Made by a program: the position numbers and the translations under genes. Shown here piece after piece: positions 40,690 to 52,963 of a DNA stretch of 64,000 nt. Source of the DNA: Octopus vulgaris. Its lineage: Eukaryota. Location: NCBI GenBank assembly GCA_951406725.2, contig OX597818.1, positions 16,430,001 through 16,494,000 of the forward strand. Reading direction: 5' to 3'. Under the pieces are notes generated by a model that worked only from the letters and a program-made list of their open reading frames with translations, was not told where the DNA came from and ran no database searches. Each line of letters opens with the position of its first letter. Position 1 is the first letter of the stretch.

Positions 40690-41477
40690 ACGTGTACACC
40701 TTCGATGCAACCTTCTCCAATGTACATCTTCGATGAAGATCTCCGAGGCAACCTTCTCCAATGCATATCTTTGATGAAGCCTTCACCGATAGTACCCCTA
40801 GGAATGGTTCGGTCAAGATCGGGATTAGTCGCTTCCTTTCACAGGTGTTCTATTTTCCTTGCTGGAAGGGCTCCCAACCCATGGGACAAGGGGGTTAGAT
40901 AATGGGGGTGGTTGTTTCGAAAGGGCTAGCATGTGCAACATGGTCACCTCTGCCGGTCAAACTCCCAGCCCGTGCATTCCTGTCGCGGCACTGATTCTGC
41001 AGAACTGGGTTGGTTGTGAAAACCAACTTTAAAGTATAAATATAGATTTTTTGAATCAGCTATGTTGTGTTCGGTTAAGTCCTATTTCGAGCGAAATAAC
41101 AATAAACCAATTCCTTATAGGATTTCTCACTAAAATTGGCTACACTCCATTTTCAATCATAACTTTTACCAATTTCGATGTATTTTGTTCCAACTTTATG
41201 CCGGCGTTACTTAGGACTCATGGGATCTTTGGATGCTTCAAGTTCTCAAAAAAACAAAAAAAAAAACAATCGATGAGTGGAAAATTCGATAAACAAATTC
41301 CTTATGGGATTTCCAAATCAAATTGTCTGCTACCCATTTTCAGCCAAACGTTTACCAATTTCAATGGATTTCGCTCAAATTTTACATCGGTATTACTAAG
41401 TTTGGTTTGAAACACAGCGCTTTATTAGCTTAATAATCCCAACTTAATCCCGGTCAACGCCGGGCTATACTGCTAGT
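39369..41477 (+). mobile_element. Non-autonomous Helitron
   Basis: 5' A|TCTATAAAAGGC; 3' hairpin cccggtcaacgccggg followed by CTAG|T; internal direct repeats; the 3' part matches 61690-62588. Confidence 0.7.
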
Positions 41478-41839
41478 ATATATATATATATATATACTAA
41501 TAAGTCAGGACAAAAGAAAAAATTACTAATGCCAAAATATGCCGAAAATAGACACAACGTTAATAACCATGTAATTTATCACTACAAGCACGCGTTTCGA
41601 AGAAAGCCGTTAGAAATTTCTAAAAAATCCTCTTACATATATACATATATATATATATAAAATAGTAATGCAATACGAGAGTATTGCTTTCCAGTATAGG
41701 ATAGCCCGTGAGGGTAAAATTATACATAAAAGTAAATAAATGGCACAACGAAGTACCGATATTTACTGGAAAATAGCGAATGTTCGCTATTTTCTAATAA
41801 ATATCGGTACTTCGTTGTGCCATTTATTTACTTTTATGT

Positions 41840-41926
<87 letters not shown>

Positions 41927-42014
41927 CATATATATATACACACATATATATATACATACATATACATACATACATATGCATGTATGTATACAATACGTAG
42001 GAGTGGGTATAGAT

Positions 42015-42257
42015 GCAGGAGTGGCTGTGTGGTAGTAGCTTGCCTAACACACACCACTCCTGCGACTGTGGCTGTATGGTAAGTAGCTTACTTACCAGCC
42101 ACAACGTACCGGGTTCAGTCCCATTGTGTGGTACCTTGGGTTAGTGTCTTGTACTGGCTATGATAGAAGACACTTGACCAAGGTGCCATGCAGTGGGACT
42201 GAACACGGAACCATGTGGCTGGTAAGCAAGCTACTTACCACACACCCACTCCTGCGT
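42015..42257. mobile_element. Two inverted tRNA-SINE 5' halves forming a palindrome
   Basis: gtggctgtatggtaagtagctt...gtgtctt / aagacac...aagctacttaccacacacccac. Confidence 0.8.
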
Positions 42258-42409
42258 CTATGCATCGTATGTATATTGTATTATTTAGGCTATGTATATA
42301 CATAGCCTAAATACCTGCAATGTCATGGTGTACAGTTACCTACATATGAATATACAGACAGACAGACCACATACCATTGTAAGTATTTAGGTTACATACG
42401 TATGTATCT

Positions 42410-42761
42410 AAGTGCATATATATATACATATATATATACACGCATATATATATACATATATATATACATATATATATACATATATACATATATACATATA
42501 TATATATATGTACGTACATACATATACATATATGCATACATATATATACATACATATATACATACATGTATGTATATACGTACATATATATACATACATA
42601 TATACATATATATATATACATATATATATATATAAATATATATATATGTACACACACACATATATATATATATATATATGCACATACATATATATGTAAA
42701 CATATGCATACATATATATGTACATACATTGAATACATATATATGTACATACACACATATA

Positions 42762-42812
<51 letters not shown>
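42410..42812. repeat. (TA)n/(TACA)n compound microsatellite
   Basis: Direct inspection. Confidence 0.95.
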
Positions 42813-42815
<3 letters not shown>

Positions 42816-43307
42816 TAGTAATCGTAGCCACTACAGCATGGCTGTCTGTTCGAACATACTTTACTGCGATTGTTTAACCTCAAGAGGATATCTCCCCTAG
42901 GTGGTTAACGATGCACACCTGAATCCAAGATATTGCGAGCAGGGAAGTGACCCCCTACCATCGTCTAGGCATGGGACCAGTTATCCAGCCTCGTCTGTTA
43001 GAGGTCGCAGTATCTGGCTTCTGCTCACAATATATATAGTTTCAAGTGACATACTGACGCTGATTTCGCAAAAATGCTATTTCTAAAATCCCTCTAAGTG
43101 ATCAACGCTGTGGTTGTACTAACAAGTTGTATTAAGAAGTAATGTACTAACAAGTGGTATGTATGTATGTATGTATGTATGTATGTATGTATGTATGTAT
43201 GTATGTATGTATGTATGTATGTATGTATGTATGAATGTATGTATGTATATATTCATACTAAATTCATACTACTAGATATATCGTACTATGCTTCATGAAC
43301 CTATTAG

Positions 43308-43690
43308 GTTTGAACAAGGCGTTTTCATTTGCGAAATGTATCTCCGATTTAACTAGAGAGGAAATAGATATAATATTAGCGGCTCGGAACACCGTAATAG
43401 AAATGGGAGGTAAACTTTGGACTTTGGTCGGATAGGGAAGAACGTGTTGATGTAACGATGGGGGTCAAATGATTCAGCACAGGTAACGGATGTAGGTAGA
43501 ATATATTCACTGTCTCAGATAAAATCCTGCTTCCTGGATTTTGTAAGAGGAGAGGCTCGGGAATTGTATAAAGACGACTCGCTAACTATATTGAGAAGAA
43601 GTAGTAGCGTGGAAATGGAGAGAAGTAAGAAAAAACTAGATTTTTTAAAAAATCTCAACGAAGAGAATTTCGAGTTTTTCCAAACTATAC
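43308..43690 (+). mobile_element. Penelope-like RT fragment
   Basis: LNKAFSFAK...IILAARNTV...DVTMG/SNDSAQVTD...LYKDDSL; same motifs as 7090-8040. Confidence 0.8.
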
Positions 43691-44049
43691 ATGCATAGAT
43701 ACATACATGCATGCATGCATGCATGCATGCATACATACATACATACATACATACATACATACATACATACATACATACATACATACATACATACATAAAT
43801 ATATACATACATACATATATACATGCATACGTACATACACAAATGCGTGTATATAAAAAAGGGAAGGAGTATTTAGTAGATCAAGAATAAAGGAATTGTA
43901 TCTTTTTGTGTGGCTGTTTTAGGGTGAAGCGGGGTCACAAAACCCTGTTAATAGCAAACGTACATGTCAACAAGTCTACATACCAATATGGTCACACACA
44001 CACACAAACATGTATTTAGTTTTTACACTGTGTACACACATAAACACAC

Positions 44050-44282
44050 GTCCTAACTACAGAACTCAGAAGAAAACAAACACATAAAAAAAGAAATGAT
44101 TTCATAAGCATACTCTTTGTCTTCACACACAATCCCAAAACCTATGACATTCTCAATACTACTAAAAGATATCTCCCAGTTCTTAAACAGTCATCAAAAA
44201 TGAACAAACTAATGACAAAATCAGAAAAAATATATAGCTGACGCCAAGCAACCAACTTAAAAGACTTTTTAACAAAAATCAA
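44050..44282 (+). mobile_element. Probable Penelope-like linker fragment (RT to GIY-YIG)
   Basis: FVFTHNPK...LPVLKQS...RQATNLK pattern. Confidence 0.45.
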
Positions 44283-44609
44283 GATTTACAATGAGAGGCG
44301 TAAAATCTTAGCAGGTAGACATGAAGGAATCAACCGAGGAAGGAAGAGAAAATCTTCTCAAATATTCTGTGCAACAGGCTGTAGCGATGCGAAGGGAAAA
44401 AATGTGGAAATGTTGACTGTAGCGTAGAGCATAGTGCACGCAACTGCAGCAGAGAACGGTCGACGCCTGTCGCAATAGAAGTAATTAAAGTAAAGAAAAG
44501 ACAGAAAAAGGGAAACAAAATATAAAATCTACTGTAGAGTTACTTTGAAATTTCAGCATAGGTGGATACTTTTTTAAAACAATTTAAAAAAAAAAAAAAT
44601 CAATGTGCT

Positions 44610-44729
44610 ATGCTTACGGCACCAAGGTTTCCCAAGCGGTCACCCATCTAAGTAATGACTAGGCACGACGTTGCGTAACTTCGGTAACCGGACGAGAACC
44701 GGTGCATTCAACGAGATATGGCCGTAAGC
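44610..44729 (-). rRNA. 5S rRNA gene, class A (divergent copy)
   Basis: 120 nt, GCTTACGGCCATATC...AGATGGGTGACCGCTTGGGAA...GCCGTAAGCAT; downstream T-run. Confidence 0.93.
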
Positions 44730-45473
44730 AATTGTCAGCTCGAAGTTTAACAACTTTATTCTAATAAACGACTAAATGCTAGCATTTATATTCTCTTACA
44801 ATGTAAACTTGCTTTCGTCACAATCTTTACGTCTCTACACTGCTTTTCTTCTACCAGCTCACTATTGCATCGACTAAGCAATCTTTCTTTTATTCTAACT
44901 CCCATTGTTCACCACTAGCCGCTACCCTCACGCTTACTCACTCTCTCGCTTTCAGATTTCACTTTGCCGCTGACAATTTGATCAATAGGCCTTCACTGTC
45001 GCACCACACTACCCTTGCTGCTGCTACGTCCCCATCTTACCCACAAATGCTCCTCAACACAACGTCGCACACGTTATCACAAACATTTGCTCTGTCTATC
45101 CACACCAATAGCAAATACCTGAGCATCATCCTAACACGACGCTCGTCAAAACAACAACGTTCAACGCTTAGCAAAATTATCGCAGCTTGCGTGATTGACG
45201 CTTTTTCAATTCACTTCCGTCGACATTATGCATGTGGAAACTACTCTCTCGCTGCATATTACTAAAACTCGCATCAGATTTACTCACTGGTGCATAATTG
45301 GACACTTGGCAGCGAGCAATGTAAACAAGGTAAGTAACGAATGCTGCTAATGACAACAATCCTAATCAAATGTATGCTAATTTGAATGCGACAGGCAAGC
45401 AAAGACAAAGTCACAGATTTGCTATCTTCACATGGTATATCAAATAAAAACGTTCTAATGACACTGCTCTATC

Positions 45474-45569
45474 GTTTACGGCCATATCACATCACTGAAG
45501 TTAAGCAAATTCGAGCCTAGTTAGTACTTAGATGGGTGACCGCTTGGGAAACCTAGGTGCTGTAAACGT
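45474..45569 (+). pseudogene. 5S rRNA class B pseudogene with a 24-nt internal deletion
   Basis: GTTTACGGCCATATCAC|ATCACTGAAG; lacks tttgaaaacaccggttctcgtccg. Confidence 0.93.
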
Positions 45570-46860
45570 CTTTCTCTCTCTTTATTTTCGATTTATTCTT
45601 GCAGTCTTCTCTACTTCAAGTGCATGTCTGCTTTCACTTCGAACAAAAACTATACATATTTGCACGCACCAATTTCCATGCTTTACTCTCACTGCACTTG
45701 CGCAGCTCTATTTTGCCAAATGAAATCACTGTTAATCAATGTTTATTTTGTCTTTCAGTCGTAGCCACTAATTCAGCCACATACACAACAAAAAAAACAC
45801 ACACACATACACAACAATCACACACACACAAAAAAAAAAAAATACACACACACACACACATACACAACAAAAACACACACACACAGGTAATCGGTCCGTA
45901 AGTCAGGGATAACATTGAAATAAACAAGCCTTTGAAGACAGAAAACAGAAGACTGAAAAGGATGAATAACACAGGGAGTGAATTGAGGTCAAAACAGAGA
46001 ATACGATTGGTTAAAATTCGAAGAATTAAACTACGTAAAAGGTAGAAATTACGTTTTTCTCAAAAAAAACTAATTGAAATTAATGTTTTCTTTTGACACA
46101 TTCTACCAGTATGCGAAGTTTTAAATTATTTATTTAAAAGGGAAAATCTGTCCAAATAAAACCGCGTTTTATTTTACACACATCTCAGCATCGTTGGCTT
46201 TGTCTTTGCCGGCCTGTCGCATTCAAATTAGGATACATTTGATTAGGATTGTTGTCATTAGCAGCATTCGTAACTTACCTTGTTTACATTGCTCGTTGCC
46301 AAGTGTCCCATCATGCACCAGTGAGTAAACTTCATGCGGGCTTTAGTAATATGCAGCGAGAGAGTAATTTCCACAAGCATAATGTCGATGGAAGTGAATT
46401 GAAAAAGCGGCAATCACGCAAGCTGCGAAAACTTTACTAAGTTTTAGACGTTGTTGTTGTTGATGCTTAGGTATTTGCTATTGGTGTGGATAGGCAGAGC
46501 AAATGTTTGTGATGACGTGTGCGACGTTGTGTTGAGGTGCATTTGTGGGTTAGATGGGGACATAGCAGCAGAAAAGGTAGTGTAGTGCGACAGTGAAGGC
46601 CTATTGATAAAATTGTCAGCCGAAAAGTGAAATCTGAAAGCTAGAGTGTGAGTAAGCGTGAGGGTTGCCGCTAGTGGTGTACAATGGGAGTTAGAATAAA
46701 AGAAAGATTGCTTAGTCGATGCAATAGTGAGCTGATAGAAGAGAAGCGGTGTAGAGACGTAAAGATTGTCTCGAAAGCGAGTTTACCTTGTAAGAGAAAA
46801 AAAAATGCTAGCATGTAGTCGTTTATTAGAATAAAGGTGCTAAAGTGCGAGTTGATAATC

Positions 46861-46980
46861 GCTAACGGCCATTTCACGTTCAGAGCACCGGTTCTCGTCC
46901 AATCACCAAAGTTAAGCAACGTCCAGCCTAGTCAGTACTTAGATGGGTGACCGCTTGGGAAACCTAGGTGCAGTAAGCAT
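46861..46980 (+). rRNA. 5S rRNA gene, class A (divergent copy)
   Basis: 120-nt match to the metazoan 5S consensus with box A and box C. Confidence 0.93.
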
Positions 46981-47712
46981 AGCACATCGTTTTATTTTTG
47001 TTCTAATTTGTTTTAAAAAAGTTTATGAGTTTCCTACTATGCTGAAATTTCAACGTAACTCTACAGTAGATTTTATATTTTTTTTTGTTTCCCTTCTTGT
47101 GTCTTTTCTTTATTTTAATGACTTCTATTGCGAGAGGCGTCGACCGTTCTCTGCTGCAGTTGCGTGCACTATGCTCTACGCTACATCAACATTTCCACAT
47201 GTTTTCCTTCGCATCGCGACAGCCTGTTGCACAGAATATGTGAGAAGATTTTCTCTTCCTTCCTCCGTTCATTGTTTCATGTCTACGTGCTAAGATTTTA
47301 CCCCTCTCATTGTACATTTACTTCATTCCTAAAATAATCGACTAAGTAGGACAGCCGATCAAATTGACTCTGTCAATATGTATGGGTAAAACGAAGTTTA
47401 AGCGTGAAGCAGGAATCGGCAGGGTGGCGAATGTGCTGACGTAAGAGCAACGTACTCGTTTGCTGGAAGACCGTGGCTGAATTAGTGAAAGCTGCATGAA
47501 ATTTGAGGCGAGCCGTCACTACGACTGTAAGACAAAGTAAACATTTGTAAACAGTGATTTCATTTCGCAAAATAAACGTCTGCAAGTACAGTGAGAGTAA
47601 AGCATGCAAATAGGTGCGTCCAAATATGTATATTTTTTGTGCGAAGCAAAAGCACACATGCACTTGAAGTAGAGAAGACTGCAAGAATAAATCGAAAATA
47701 AAAGACAGAAAG

Positions 47713-47832
47713 ATGTTTACAGCACCTAGGTTTCCCAAGCGGTCACCCATCTAAGTACTAACTAGGCTCGATTTTGCTTAACTTCGGTGATCGGACGAGA
47801 ACCGGTGTTTTCAAAGTGATATGACCGTAAAC
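47713..47832 (-). rRNA. 5S rRNA gene, class B
   Basis: 120 nt, GTTTACGGTCATATCACTTTGAAAACACCGG...GCTGTAAACAT, followed by ctttctgtctttt. Confidence 0.95.
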
Positions 47833-48612
47833 GATAGAGCAGCGTCATTAGAACGTTTTTATTTCATACACCATGTGAAGATAGCAAATCGTTGCGTAGT
47901 GATGCATTGTATTATAGAGTTTTATTTTACTCACATCTCACCATTTGTGGCTTTGTCTTTGCCGGCCTGATGCATTGAAATTAGCATACATTTGATTAGG
48001 ATCGTCGTCATTAGCAGCATTCGTAACTTACCTTGTTTACATTGCTCGATGCCAAATGTCCCATCTTGCACCAGTGAGTAAACTTCATGCGGGCTTTAGT
48101 AATATGCAGCGAGAGAGTAATTTCCACAAGCATAATGTCGATGGAAGTGAATTGAAAAAGCGGCAATCACGCAAGCTGCGAAAACTTTGCTAAGTTTTAG
48201 ACGTTGTTGTTGTTGATGCTTAGGTATTTGCTATTGGCGTGGTTAGCCAGAGCAAATGTTTGTGATGACGTGTGCGACGTTGTGTTGAGGAGCATTTGTG
48301 GGTTAGATGGGGACATAGCAGCAGCAAAGGTAGTGTAGTGCGACAGTGAAGGCCTATTGATAAAATTGTCAGCGGCAAAGTGAAATCTGAAAGCGAGAGT
48401 GTGAGTAAGAGTGAGGGTAGCCGCTAGTGGTGTACAATGGGAGTTAGAATAAAAGAAAGATTGCTTAGTCGATGCAATAGTGAGCTGGTAGAAGAAAAGC
48501 GGTATAGAGACGTAAAGATTGTCTCGAAAGCGAGTTTACCTTGTAAGAGAAAAAAAATGCTAGCATGTAGTCGTTTATTAGAATAAAGGTGCTAAAGTGC
48601 GAGTTGACAATC

Positions 48613-48732
48613 GCTTACAGCCATATCACGTTGAAAGCACTGGTCCTCGTCTTATCACCGTTGTTAAGCAACTTCGAGCCTAGTCAGTACATAGATGGGT
48701 GACCGCTTGGGAAACCTAGGTGCAGTAAACAT
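48613..48732 (+). rRNA. 5S rRNA gene, class A (divergent copy)
   Basis: 120 nt; 1752 bp downstream of the 46861 copy. Confidence 0.92.
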
Positions 48733-49464
48733 AGCGCATTGTTTTATTTTTTTTCTAAATTGTTTAAAAAAAGTTTATGGGTTTCCTACTATGCTGAAAT
48801 TTCAACGTAACTCTACAGTAGATTTTATATTTTGTTTTGTTTCCCTTCTTGTGTTTTTTCTTTATTTTAATGATTTCTATTGCGAGAGGCGTCGACCGTT
48901 CTCTGCTGCAGTTGCGTGCACTATGCTCTCCGCTACATCAACATTTCCACATGTTTTCCTTCGCATCGCGACAGCCTGTTGCACAGAATATGTGAGAAGA
49001 TTTTCTCTTCCTTCCTCCGTTCATTGTTTCATGTCTACGTGCTAAGATTTTACCCCTCTCATTGTACATTTACTTCATTCCTAAAATAATCGACTAAGTA
49101 GGACAACCGATCAAATTGACTCTGTCAATATGTATGGGTAAAACGAAGTTTAAGCGTGAAGCAGGAATCGGCAGGGTGGCGAATGTGCTGACGTAAGAGC
49201 AACGTACTCGTTTCCTGGAAGACCGTGGCTGAATTAGTGAAAGCTGCATGAAATTTGAGGCGAGCCGTCACTACGACTGAACGACAAAGTAAACATTTGT
49301 AAACAGTGATTTCATTTCGCAAAGTAAACGTCTGCAAGTGCAGTGAGAGTAAAGCATGGAAATTGGTGCGTGCAAATATGTATATATTTTGTGCGAAGCA
49401 AAAGCACACATACACTTGAAGTAGAGAAAACTGCAAGAATAAATCGAAAATAAAAGACAGAAAG

Positions 49465-49584
49465 ATGTTTACAGCACCTAGGTTTCCCAAGCGGTCACCC
49501 ATCTAAGTACTAACTAGGCTCGATTTTGCTTAACTTCGGTGATCGGACGAGAACCGGTGTTTTCAAAGTGATATGGCCGTAAAC
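49465..49584 (-). rRNA. 5S rRNA gene, class B
   Basis: 120 nt; one difference from the 47713 copy; 1752-bp period. Confidence 0.96.
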
Positions 49585-49698
49585 GATAGAGCAGCGTCAT
49601 TAGAACGTTTTTATTTGATACACCATGTGAAGATAGCATTTGTGGCTTTGTCTTTGCCGGCCTGTTGCATTGAAATTAGCATACATTTGATTAGGATA

Positions 49699-49720
49699 GT
49701 AATAATAATAATAATAATAA

Positions 49721-49778
<58 letters not shown>

Positions 49779-49946
49779 TGTAATAATAATAGTAATTGTA
49801 ATCGTAATAGTAATCGTAATAATAATAATAAGAAGAAGAAGAAGAAGAACAATAACAATAACAACAACTATAACAACCACAACAACCACAACAAGAATAA
49901 CAAGAATAATAATAATCATTATAATAATAATATTAATAAAAATAAA

Positions 49947-50033
<87 letters not shown>

Positions 50034-50034
50034 T

Positions 50035-50095
<61 letters not shown>
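49699..50095. repeat. Compound (TAA)/(TAG)/(GAA)/(CAA) microsatellite at the 5S array / inverted-arm boundary
   Basis: Direct inspection. Confidence 0.95.
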
Positions 50096-50097
<2 letters not shown>

Positions 50098-50623
50098 TGC
50101 AATACTAGGTAGTGATTCTCATGGCTTCTGAACTTAACTGATTGGAAGTGTCTTCAGGGACATTGTTTTGTCTTGGTATAAAAATGGGCTACAGCAAATA
50201 TTCTCCTCAATGCCACAGACTTCCTTTTCTGTTCTTTGACCTCAACCAGTTGAACATGTCCGATAATGGCTGGCGATATTTGCATCCCTGATCATGAGCA
50301 GAAGTAGTGGAGAAGAATCATAGCCATGTGTTGAGAGGAATTCTTTTGGGGTTTGAATAATTCACTTCTGGAAACATGGGTGTTTCGTTCCTTATTCAGG
50401 GACCTTTTAAGCGGGATGGGCTACTCGACCCGAAGAAAATTCTGAGTCCCACCTGCAAGGTCATGCACTGTTTATCTTGATATGAGATTATCATGTCACG
50501 CACATATGGGTATGATGCATGTGCCTACTGTACCCTTATTAGACGGATTGTCATGATGAGTATACTGGGCTTCGTATATTTTACTCTAGTGTCACTTTGA
50601 TGGCATGCACTGCTCTCTCACTC
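50096..50623 (+). mobile_element. TAA-tailed non-coding retroposed element
   Basis: Mirror of 6231-6756. Confidence 0.8.
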
Positions 50624-52040
50624 AATAATAATAATAACAATAATAAGAGTAATAGCAGTGAGGAGGAGGAGGAGGAGGAGAAGAAGAAGAAGAAGAAGAA
50701 GAAGAAGAAGAAGAAGAAGAAAATGAAGAAGAGAAAAAAGAAGAAGAAGAAGAAGAAGAAGAAGAAGAAGAAGAAGAAGAAGAAGAAGAAGAAGAAGAAG
50801 AAGAAGAAGAAGAAGAAGAAGAAGAAGAAGAAGAAGAAGAAGAAGAAGAAGAAGAAGAAGAAGAAGAAGAAGAAGAAGAAGAAGAAGAAGAAGATAACAG
50901 ATAGCGAATATAATATGAAATAATTTGAACAGGTAAAAAAAGCAAATTAAATAAAATTTGGGATTTTTTGCGGAGGGCGAAAGTGGTAACAAAAAACAGG
51001 ACAGTGAGAACAAGACAGTGAAAGCAAACGTGACAGTTGTTAAGCCAAGACGATGCTTTGCAGGAAGGATTGTTTTAACGAAGTCGCGTATTGTCCTTAC
51101 TTTCGCAACGCGGAGAAGGTGAAACAGGGAAAAACTTATTTTGCATACCTCGTTTCTCTGTTTGTTTGTTTTTTGTTGTTCGAAAAAAAGTTCGTTTTCT
51201 GTTTTTGTTTTTATGTTTTCGTTTCTCATTGTGTCTACGCTTTTTTGATGTCCTGTATCCATATATGCATGTGTATATACATATATCTGTAGGTATGTAC
51301 ATATATATGCATATATTTATAGGTATGTATATATGCATATATTTATATATTATTTATATTATTATATTTAGATTGGTAGCCACACATCCTTTTCCAAATA
51401 AGTTTTATCCTAATAATTACAACGCGCACTCTTATTCTATCTCTTCTCTGTCTATCTATCTCCCTCTCTTGTTCTTCTTTTCTGTTTTTCTCTCCCACCC
51501 TTTCCCTACTCTTCTCCTCTCCCCTTCACCGTTCCATCTGTCTCTATCTCATTCTTCCTCCTTGAGTCTCTCGTTGCTGACACATGACGAAAGGCCATGT
51601 ATCTTTCTTTCACATCCTTTCTAAAGACAAGGTGTGCTTTTACCTGTCTCTTCTCAAACTTCGTTTTTGTAGCATTCACAATCTTCACATCGTCTTGGCT
51701 TAATAGCCCTCACCATTTGTTTTAACTGTCTTGTTCTCACTGTCCTGTTTTTATTACCACTTTCACCTTCCGCAAAAAATCCCAAATTTCACTTAATTTG
51801 CTTTGCGGGAAGGACTGTTTTAACGGAGTTGCGTATTGTCCTTACCTTCGCAACGCGGAGTAGATGAAACAGGAGACAACTGATGAAGGGAATGTTCTTT
51901 ATGTTGCATGTCTCGTTTGTCTGTTTGTTTTGTTTGTTTTTTTCGTTGTTCGAAAAAAGTTCGTTTTCTATGTTTTTGTTTTTTATGTTTTCGTTTCTCA
52001 TTGTGTCTACGGTTTTTTTAATGTCTTGTACCCACATATG

Positions 52041-52085
<45 letters not shown>

Positions 52086-52186
52086 AGGTAGGTATGTACA
52101 TATATATATACGTATATATGCATATATTTATATATTATTTATATTATTCTGTGATCGAACGCCACGCATCCTTTTCCAAGTAAGTT

Positions 52187-52373
<187 letters not shown>

Positions 52374-52600
52374 TATATATATAAAGTAAAAAAATTAAGA
52401 GTCAAAAGGAAGAGTAAGTATGGTTAGGCAACTTTTTAATCGTTACAAACGTTTCGATACATACAAGTTTATAATTATGAGCATAATTCTGTTTGAATTC
52501 GGAAGTACTGGTCGTTAGATGTATGTTGTCTGATGTCGCCTGGTCAGATAAGGCATGTTTAATTTTTGCAGTGCTGCTCTCAAATTTAAAATCTTGAATT

Positions 52601-52683
52601 ACTGTACTGAAGAGGAGAATGATAGAGTGGAAATATGATTTTACATTTTCCACATCTGTCTAGCTCCGAAACGCGTATATAGT
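52601..52683 (+). ncRNA. Minimal type I hammerhead ribozyme-like motif
   Basis: actgta-CTGAAGA-ggag...ctcc-GAAA-cgcg-TA-tatagt; mirror of 4417-4499. Confidence 0.65.
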
Positions 52684-52880
52684 TAATCATAGCCGGGTGG
52701 ATTCGTTATTTGTTTCTCTTTACCTGGGTGGGTTGTTGAGTATTGCTGTCTGGGAGATTTTCTTATGGTAGTGAGATAGTTAGTTTTAACTGCTATTTCT
52801 AAATTTCTTTATGTGGTGAAGCAAATTTTTGCTGAACCCTAATTATAATTATACTCATAATTATAAAATTTTATATATAC

Positions 52881-52963
<83 letters not shown>

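Noticed and set aside
46268-46290. AACTTACCTTG resembling the U1 snRNA 5' end in the 5S spacer
   Set aside because: No further U1 sequence or structure follows; I could not recognise any linked U snRNA or SL RNA by eye.
45532-49502. Repeated ORFs beginning MGDRLGNLGAV
   Set aside because: The ATG lies within the 5S box C (AGATGGGTGACC); these are chance readings of the 5S gene and spacer.
51880-51900. CTGATGA hammerhead half-core (also ~5150 and ~1683 on the minus strand)
   Set aside because: No properly placed stem II, GAAA and cleavage triplet could be assembled.
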